Origin: Opitutales bacterium
GTDB lineage: Bacteria; Verrucomicrobiota; Verrucomicrobiia; Opitutales; JABSRG01
Reading direction: 5' to 3'
NCBI GenBank assembly: GCA_049599475.1
Contig: JBMYOQ010000027.1
Span: 1-47,407, forward strand
Length of the DNA: 47,407 nucleotides
Shown here: positions 9,982 to 17,400 of the stretch, in pieces
How the letters are laid out: every line of letters begins with the position of its first letter
Numbering within the stretch: the stretch's first letter is position 1
The notes under the pieces: model-generated
Told to the model about the DNA's origin: nothing
Seen by the model: the letters and a program-made list of their open reading frames with translations, nothing else
Database searches by the model: none
Position numbers and translations under genes: made by a program

Positions 9982-11640
9982 ATGTACTATCATCCGGTGT
10001 GGAGAGGCGTGACCGCTTCTCTCTTGTTCGTTGCTCTTAACTCCCTTCTGATTGCTGATGCATGGCGCAGCGAATTATATCCGCGGGATTGGGAACCTCC
10101 CGGTGAGGAAAAGGCCTTTTACACCGATAAGATCATTCAAGATTTCTCCTACGCGGGTTATCGGCGCGGTGAAGCAAGCATACCCAATCTGGTCGGCCCA
10201 ATCTTTGATGTCGTAGCAGATTTTAATGCAGATCCCACCGGCGCGAGAAGCTCGACGCAGGCAATTCAGGCAGCCATCGATGCTGCAGAGGCTGCCGGCG
10301 GCGGAGTTGTCTATTTGCCTGCGGGGACATTTAAGGTGTCTCCCGGAAGTCGTTCTGCAGCACTTCGGGTCAATCGCTCAGGCGTCGTCATTCGCGGTGC
10401 GGGGCCCGGCGTGACTTTCTTGTTTAATGACAGCACTCAGATGCGCAAGAAACGCGTCATCGATTTTGATGGCTCTGTAAGCAAAGGTCCGGTGATTGCC
10501 CTAACTGGAGACTTGCCATCCCCCACGCGATTCATCCCGGTATCCGATACGTCTGCGCTCAATGTAGGGGATTTTGTATTTATCGGATTCAAATTCAATA
10601 ACCCGTGGATTGCTGAACACGGGCAGCAAGAATGGTGGAATGAGTCGGATGGAGCACCCGCAGATGGCGGCTATTATCGCGAGATTCTGCGCATCGATCA
10701 TGATGCGAAGGTTTTGGAGATCGATATACCTACGCGTTATAGTCTATTCATGCGCCACGGCGCATACATCACGCGACTCACTGGAGTTTTGCACACGGTC
10801 GGTGTGGAAAATCTATCCATCGGGAATCGAGAGATCCCAGAAGAGGGGACGAGCCATAGCGACTGGAATGAGAATGCACACAGGGATTCAAGCAAACCTG
10901 CTTACCACACGCACGGTTCGTTTTTCATCGAGATTAATGATGCGCGTGATGGTTGGATAAGGAACGTTCACAGCTATCAGCCTGCTGTAAATCAGACACC
11001 CGTCCACGTGCTGTCCAACGGAATAAAAATCTCAAGGAGTTTCCGTATTACATTACAAAATTGCCTCCTGCAAAATCCCCAATTTGGCGGGGGCGGTGGA
11101 AATGGGTATCTTTATCGGCTCAGTGGTTCGGGCGACAATCTCATAAAAAATTGCGAAGCGAGGCGTTCCCGGCATGGGCTTGTTGTTTCTGGAGCGTCTA
11201 CGACGGGCAATGTCTTTTTTAAATGTATTGATCGTTTCACCGCGACTCAGGTAGCGGGCAACGGCAGAACGAACGGATCCAACTCGGATTCGCACCAACA
11301 CTTTTCGCATTCTAATTTGTTTGATCAATGTGTGGCCGAGGAGAGTGCTTGGGAGGCCAAGCATAGAGGGCCTTGGGGCTCTATAAAACATGCGCTCACT
11401 GCCGCGCACCAGGTATATTGGAATATGCGTGGTGAAGGCAGTAGGGGCATCTTGGTGAGAAGCGAACAAGGGCGCTATGGGTATATCATCGGCACCAGTG
11501 GGACGCGCCATGGTGTGAAAAACGGGACGCCCGGGAATACTGCTCCTGCAGACCATGTTGAAGGGGTCAACGATGGAGCGGATCTGATTCCTGCATCCTT
11601 GTATCTCGATCAATTTGCGAAGCGCAGCTCAGGTTTTTAG
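9982..11640 (+). CDS. Secreted right-handed beta-helix protein (pectate-lyase-3/GH28-related), putative polysaccharide lyase or hydrolase
   Basis: DFSYAGY, AIQAAIDAA, GGGVVYLPAGTF, GVVIRGAG, GGGGNGY. Start moved from 9904 to the ATG at 9982, which precedes the signal peptide. Confidence 0.78.
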   Translation: MYYHPVWRGVTASLLFVALNSLLIADAWRSELYPRDWEPPGEEKAFYTDKIIQDFSYAGYRRGEASIPNLVGPIFDVVADFNADPTGARSSTQAIQAAIDAAEAAGGGVVYLPAGTFKVSPGSRSAALRVNRSGVVIRGAGPGVTFLFNDSTQMRKKRVIDFDGSVSKGPVIALTGDLPSPTRFIPVSDTSALNVGDFVFIGFKFNNPWIAEHGQQEWWNESDGAPADGGYYREILRIDHDAKVLEIDIPTRYSLFMRHGAYITRLTGVLHTVGVENLSIGNREIPEEGTSHSDWNENAHRDSSKPAYHTHGSFFIEINDARDGWIRNVHSYQPAVNQTPVHVLSNGIKISRSFRITLQNCLLQNPQFGGGGGNGYLYRLSGSGDNLIKNCEARRSRHGLVVSGASTTGNVFFKCIDRFTATQVAGNGRTNGSNSDSHQHFSHSNLFDQCVAEESAWEAKHRGPWGSIKHALTAAHQVYWNMRGEGSRGILVRSEQGRYGYIIGTSGTRHGVKNGTPGNTAPADHVEGVNDGADLIPASLYLDQFAKRSSGF

Positions 11641-11840
11641 AGGCGATCCTTATTTTGAAGACCGAGAGAGAGCGAGATTTGTGTGATGATGAGCATTCTC
11701 GCTCCCGAAGCCTTTGATCGCGATGGATGTCGAATCCTTGCTTTTTCTTAGTACGATTCCGTCGCATAGCTCACGATACACCTGCTCGAACTGCTAACCT
11801 CGGGTATATTTATTGAGGTCTCCAAGGATCTGTTACCAAA

Positions 11841-11867
11841 GGTAGGATTGCCTCTCCGAGACAACGG
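11841..11867 (+). repeat. Single degenerate REP of the 6478 type
   Basis: GGTAGGATTGCCTCTCCGAGACAACGG versus GGTAGGGTTGTCTCTCCGAGACAACCG (3 differences). Confidence 0.75.
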
Positions 11868-11936
11868 CAGTGATTAAGCGAGTGTGCGTAGTTAGTATGC
11901 TTCGAGGCGCCTATTGTCATGAATCTTTGTGCGTTA

Positions 11937-11974
11937 TTTTGTTATAATACGAAATCCTAGATCTCTAGATCTAG
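11937..11974 (+). promoter_or_regulatory. Extended -10 promoter followed by a palindromic operator candidate
   Basis: TG-T-TATAAT at 11940-11948; CTAGATCT-CT-AGATCTAG at 11957-11974, near the expected +1. Confidence 0.55.
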
Positions 11975-12011
11975 AAGCCCTAGCGACAACCCCATTCCAA
12001 GGCCCTGTTAT

Positions 12012-12731
12012 ATGAAACTCCATTATATCCTTCTTTCATTGTCACTCCTCGCGTCTGCCTCCCCACTTATGTCTGTTGCGCTGGTTGGGACGGACTTTTC
12101 GGACTCCACGGAATTCAATGAGCCTGGGGGAGAATATTTGGCTTTAGGTTTTGATGATTTCGATTTGTCAGACGGTGTCTCTGTGAGCGATTGGTCATTT
12201 CCTAATGAGGGCGGTTTAGACAAGTACGATGAGAATGCTCAAGTAGGTTTGCCGACTGACAATGTGGCTAAATTCAATGGGATTGCTGATGCGCCGCAGC
12301 CGGGTCTTGGAAGCTCTGGGGCCGCTCTACCAGCACAGAGTTTCTCGGTGACTATCGATCACGGAACCGTCGTAGATCTTACCTCCATTACCTTTGACTG
12401 GCGGCAGGCTACAGGCTCGCCAAATAAGCGCTGGTTGGCTTTCGAGACGAGCTTGGAATCAGGTATCATCTTTTCGGAGGAAGGCGTTTTGCGTGATGGT
12501 TACGACGCTGAGACCATTTCATTTGATGGGGATCAGTATCTAGGGCTCACGGATACGACGGTAACATTTAGCTTCTATGCAGGAGGCACCAACTCGGGCG
12601 ATATCGATATCGACACCATTGTCCTGAGTGGGGCACTCGTCGAAATTCCAGAATCGAGTATGCTGTTCGGGGTGATCAGTGCCTTTGCTTTGGGCTTTGT
12701 GATAACGCGTCGTCAAGGATGGAAGCGATAG
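12012..12731 (+). CDS. PEP-CTERM-like surface protein
   Basis: Signal peptide, acidic Lys-poor body, C-terminal IPESS + hydrophobic helix + RRQGWKR. Confidence 0.8.
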   Translation: MKLHYILLSLSLLASASPLMSVALVGTDFSDSTEFNEPGGEYLALGFDDFDLSDGVSVSDWSFPNEGGLDKYDENAQVGLPTDNVAKFNGIADAPQPGLGSSGAALPAQSFSVTIDHGTVVDLTSITFDWRQATGSPNKRWLAFETSLESGIIFSEEGVLRDGYDAETISFDGDQYLGLTDTTVTFSFYAGGTNSGDIDIDTIVLSGALVEIPESSMLFGVISAFALGFVITRRQGWKR

Positions 12732-12759
12732 CTACAAAGGAATAGGTCCCCCGGGTTTT

Positions 12760-13404
12760 ATGAAAATCATTGTCAAATTAATCATCTTAGGGCTCAGCAT
12801 CCTTTCGGTCTCGGTCAATGCTGAACTTACTCGAGTAGCATGTGTGGGTGATAGCATCACGGCGGGTTCCAGAATTGAAAATCCGCGAGAAAACAGCTAC
12901 CCAGCTCAACTCCAAAAGCATCTTGGCGATACCTACGCAGTCCGCAACTTTGGGGTAAGCGGAAGCACTCTTTTGAAAAAGGGAGATAAGCCTTACTGGG
13001 AGCAAAAGAAATACAAAGCTGCTCTGGGGTTTAATCCCGAAATCGTAGTGATAAAATTAGGAACGAATGATTCTAAATCCAAAAACTGGATACATGAAGC
13101 GGACTATGTCGGGGATTATATTGAGCTCATTAAGCGTTTTCAGAATCTTGAAAGTAAACCGACGGTCCTGATCTGTTACTCGGCCCCGGCATATTCCTCA
13201 GCACATGGCATTTCAGGAAATGTTATTGAAAATGAGATCAAACCCAAAGTCGTGGAGATTGCTCAAAATGCAGGCGTCGAGATCGTAGACCTCTTCACTG
13301 CGCTTAGCGGCAGCCCGGACCTCTTCCCTGACGGAATTCACCCAAACGTTGAAGGCGCAGGAATCATCGCCGAGACGGTAGCCAAACAGATTTTGGATAA
13401 TTGA
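12760..13404 (+). CDS. SGNH/GDSL esterase (O-acetylesterase-like)
   Basis: ACVGDSIT, NFGVSG, KLGTND and DGIHPN blocks; signal peptide. Confidence 0.92.
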   Translation: MKIIVKLIILGLSILSVSVNAELTRVACVGDSITAGSRIENPRENSYPAQLQKHLGDTYAVRNFGVSGSTLLKKGDKPYWEQKKYKAALGFNPEIVVIKLGTNDSKSKNWIHEADYVGDYIELIKRFQNLESKPTVLICYSAPAYSSAHGISGNVIENEIKPKVVEIAQNAGVEIVDLFTALSGSPDLFPDGIHPNVEGAGIIAETVAKQILDN

Positions 13405-13498
13405 GCTAACGCGCTCATGCCCGATACGGTGATCCGGCTACCACAATCAGCGAGGGGGAGTCCCGTTGTTGGGATTTAATGTTCGCTAATGCCTCAGC

Positions 13499-13885
13499 CT
13501 AACCGTCGCAATTTTGCCTGAGCCAGTCTGCATATGCAGACTCTTCAACCTCTCGAGCGGCGAGGCCTAAGGTGTAGATCACGGCCTCTTCTTCGCTTGC
13601 GGTGAGTGTGTGGCCGTTCATGCCCAAGAATGTGTAGGCTGCCATGGAACCGATGCGCTTATTTCCGTCGATAAATGGGAGGTTCACTACCAGCCCGAAT
13701 GCATACGATGCGGCTAGCGAGTAAATGTCGGGGTCTTCAGAGTGGAAGAGGTTTTTGGGGCGACCTAATGCTGCTTCCATGGCTCTATTATCGCGCACCC
13801 CATCGGATCCTCCGAAACGAGCGATCAACATGGAGTGAATCGGCAGAATGTGCACAGCCGAAAGCCAGAACGGTTCTGGATTCAT
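13499..13885 (-). CDS. doc: Doc (death-on-curing, Fic family) toxin with catalytic His replaced by Leu
   Basis: H..LIARFGG..GVRD, ALGRP, and the Fic motif reading NLPFIDGNKR. Overlaps the antitoxin stop by 4 bp. Confidence 0.88.
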   Translation of the reverse strand: MNPEPFWLSAVHILPIHSMLIARFGGSDGVRDNRAMEAALGRPKNLFHSEDPDIYSLAASYAFGLVVNLPFIDGNKRIGSMAAYTFLGMNGHTLTASEEEAVIYTLGLAAREVEESAYADWLRQNCDG

Positions 13886-14112
13886 TTTGCCAGTTCTCTC
13901 AAAGCGTTGCGATAGCGGTTCATCACAGATTCGGCGATGGCCATCACATCCTTAAACCCCGGTTGCTCTGGGGTGACGGTCAGGGCTCCATTGGGCGCTT
14001 CGGTCAGATACAATGCCTGACCCTCCTCGACTTTGAGAACCTGAAGAGCCTCTTTAGAGAGGACAATGCCGAGTGAATTGCCGATTTTCCGTACCTTTGC
14101 TTCGATTGCCAT
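13882..14112 (-). CDS. AbrB/MazE-family antitoxin (addiction-module antidote)
   Basis: KVRKIGNSLGIVL N-terminus; MNRYRNALRELAK C-terminus; directly upstream of doc. Confidence 0.9.
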   Translation of the reverse strand: MAIEAKVRKIGNSLGIVLSKEALQVLKVEEGQALYLTEAPNGALTVTPEQPGFKDVMAIAESVMNRYRNALRELAK

Positions 14113-14149
14113 ACGTTATAACATATGTAAAACATACCCCGTATGTCAA
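14111..14149 (-). promoter_or_regulatory. TA promoter with autoregulatory palindromes; probably leaderless
   Basis: Minus strand TTGACA-N18-TATGTT ends 7 nt before the ATG. Palindromes ACATAC-ccc-GTATGT (14132-14146) and ATACGTTATAACATAT (14111-14126). Confidence 0.6.
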
Positions 14150-14228
14150 TCACACCTTGATTAGGTCTATGAAGCAGGGGGCAATTGAGTGAACGGGTAA
14201 AGTCGCACAATAAGTCCGAGGGCTCGGT

Positions 14229-14467
14229 GGCGGTTTCGGAGAACCGCCCTCCCTGAATTGAGCGTGTGGGAGGGCTGATCTCCGGTGACTGTCTCAAAAG
14301 TCGAAATTTGGTAGGGACAGATCGCCGTGCAGTCCGATCCATGGCGCTAATCAGGCCGATTGTTCCAATTCTCGCAGTTCTCGGACACCTCGGCGAGGCG
14401 TCCCTACCATTTTGGTCTTTGGTAGGGGGGCATTTCTCATTAGAAGACGGCGAGTCCGCCTCTTGCC
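14229..14467. repeat. Cluster of REP elements (GGTAG and GGGAG variants)
   Basis: GGCGGTTTCGGAGAACCGCCCTCCC, GGGAGGGCTGATCTCCGG, the doublet GGTAGGGAC...GTCCCTACC (14310-14408), and a further GGTAGGG at 14421. Confidence 0.7.
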
Positions 14468-14499
14468 ATTAAGCCCGTTGCCCAAGGAAGTTCAGACTA

Positions 14500-17400
14500 T
14501 CACCACTCGGGCACTACCTGCACGGTCGCATCAATTTCTGGGCCGAACCAGCCGAAGCCTTCTTTGTGCAGTTGCACTGTCAGGTCGTAGCTGCCTTCCA
14601 CGGGTGGGGCGGTCAGCGGCGATGTGAAGGTATATGACTCATTGGGCGCTACAACGACGCCAGCAGGTAGAGAGATACGTCCGATCGCGGTGGCGGGGCC
14701 TGTATGGTCAATTTCCCAGAAATCAGAGCCTGTTGATGTTGGCCAATATTCCGTGCTTTCCACATTATCCGCGTAGAGTTCGGTTCCAGTCACGGATTCT
14801 GTTACTTTAAATTCATCTACAAATAGATAATCCCCATATCCCGGAAGTTGTATTATGATTTCATAGGTCTTGCTTGTGTCTTGGTCCGAAATTTCAGCCG
14901 TCCATTCCACATAGTCGTTCACGGAAGTATCCTGAGAGCCTGTGAGCTCTGCAATCTCTACGCCTCCGGAGAGGAGCACGATGCTGCCGTCATCGAAATT
15001 TAGATTAGTTTTGCTGGCTCGCGTCGCCAGTTGAATCGAAACACGCGCAGGGTTGTCATGGGGAGCGAGTGTAAAATGGTGAGATGTCGTTGTCGTGCGT
15101 GATCGACTCCATGAGCCTATCAGGTAGGCACCATCACGTGGATAGATTTCGAAGAGCCCATCATCCGTCTTGAAGCCGCTGTGTTCATTAAGTGCGAGGG
15201 TAAATGTGTCTGCCGCAGTCCAGGGTGTGTCTCCGGTGTTGGTAAAGGTGTAATCGACGTTAAACGAAGCCTTGGGGGCGACGCTCTCGGCTAGATTCAG
15301 TCCGGTAAATTCTGCCTTTGGAGCGAATTCAAGGTCGGCCCACGGCATATCCGGCCAGGCCGCTTGCCCCCAGCGCTTTATTTTCTCCAAGATGGGCGTA
15401 TCTACTCCGGTCTTAGCCGCGCGTAAAAGCATCAGATAAAAATCATCCGACCAGGCGAAATCCACCTCACTGTTGGGCTCGAAGGTGCCTACGTTCACAT
15501 CGTCAATCATATGATTTTTGAACTCCGTGCCGTATTCGGGTAGAAATTCACTTTGTCGTGGCCATTGGTCGAGCGGGTAGAGGGCATTGGTTTCGCCTTC
15601 ATCAAAACCAATCTCATCGATGTATTGCTGCAAATGCGCTTGAGCGATTTTGTCTCCGAGTCCTGGATACACGGCATCTGCGCTGCGCAACATGTCTCCA
15701 CCCTGAGTAAAGAGATAATCCGGCTGCATATTGCGTAGCTCGAATCCATGCCAGGTTTGCTCATTGCTATCATCTGTCAGGCCCTCCCAGCTATTACTCC
15801 AGCCCCAGACGCGGTTTTCCATGCGCTTGCCGCCGAGGAGGGTCTGATACATGCGATTGGCGTTCATCATCCAGCGCATGCCCTGACGGACCTTCGAGCG
15901 TGATCCAAATCCGGAGATCAGCGACATTTGATAATTGTAGTGCACAGGGCCGCGCACATGACCGGTCTTATTCCCCGGGGTCAGCACTGCTTGGAGCTCA
16001 TACCAGGTGGTCGATTCGTTTTGACCGGTCGCTTCCGTCTGGCCGAGGAAGTTGACGGAGTTGGAAGGAATGTCTTGGCCGCGATATTCCAATCCGTCTT
16101 GGCCATCTGCGATAAAGTGGGGGGCGATGGGGTAGACGTGGTAGGTGTTTTTCGTCAACCAGCTGCGTTCCGGGATACTGTAGTCGAGGCGCTCTTGCTC
16201 GTCGGCCATGCGATACTGCATACCCTGGAGCCCGAATTCATTCTGAAGCTCAAAGCCTTTAACGCCTTGAAGTTTCGCTAAGCTTTGGCTGGCAAATTCA
16301 CGCGGAATTTCAGGTTTTAGATTATTGACCGCAGTTCCGCCGAAAGAGCGCCAGTGGCTGCGTTTGATGGTGTCTGGACCGGCTTCCCACCAGAAGCGAA
16401 AGGCCGCCCTGACCTCGCTCACGTAATCGTGAAATGTCTCGAAATTTGCATCCATGAACGCTGCAGATTCCGCCTCACCTGCGGGCATTGTTTCAAGAAA
16501 TGCACGGGCTTCTTCAAGGCGTTGTTTCGGATGCCTGGGTTCGTGGTTAGGGTTGATTCGCTCGATACCGTTGTCCCACAGATCGCCGTTGAAGGCATCC
16601 ATCGGGTGAACCATCGGAAGCCAGTGTTTCCAGTCGGGGAATTGTAATGCGAGCGGAAGGGTGGTGGAATCGAATGTGCCGCCTGTATTGAAAAAGTCAT
16701 TTACTTGCTGCTGTGTCGGATTTTCGCCCGGCTCCACATTAAACAGGAAGGGGACCATTTCGCTATCTTCCTCGAGCACTGCATCCAGGCCGGCTCCGGC
16801 GGCCCAATTATGTATCGGTAGATCGGCTACCGAAGGTCCCGGCTGGTAAGGCGGGTTCCACGGTCGTCCCGCACGTTCTACAGAGTCATATTGGTCGGCG
16901 AGGGTTCGGATATAACTGGCGATCTTTTCACCTTGGTCCTCCGACATGCCGTGGAATTTTGCCCGCTCGACAATGGAGCGATTGGAGTAGGCAAAAATTT
17001 CTAAATCACGGCCATCATGGGTATGACAGTCGGTGCAGCTCGCCAAGATCGTGCCGACTTCAGGAAGGGCATAGCCATACCAAAAACCCTCAACGCCTTC
17101 GGCCTTGTAGTGGGTGATCAAGCGGTCTTCTGCAGGAACTTTGTTGCTTGCTGTCGGCGGCCACGCAGTCACGCCATACCATAGGTTGCGGCCCTCATCG
17201 ATAGACGCTTGATCCGTGTGAAAGCCAGTCCATTCGGCAGGATCGTCTTCGACAAATTGCGAGTCGGGTAACAAGCTGTATCCATGGAAATCCAAAATAT
17301 CCATGGCTACAACGCGGTAGCCCATCGCGATACCGTCCGATTCGTTAAAGCGGAATTGGATGCGATTGAGGCCCTCGATGAAGTCCACCGATTGAAAAGC

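Noticed and set aside
14229..14467. Possible CRISPR array or ncRNA in the clustered palindromes
   Set aside because: No constant direct repeat with regular unique spacers and no cas genes. The pattern fits REP elements.
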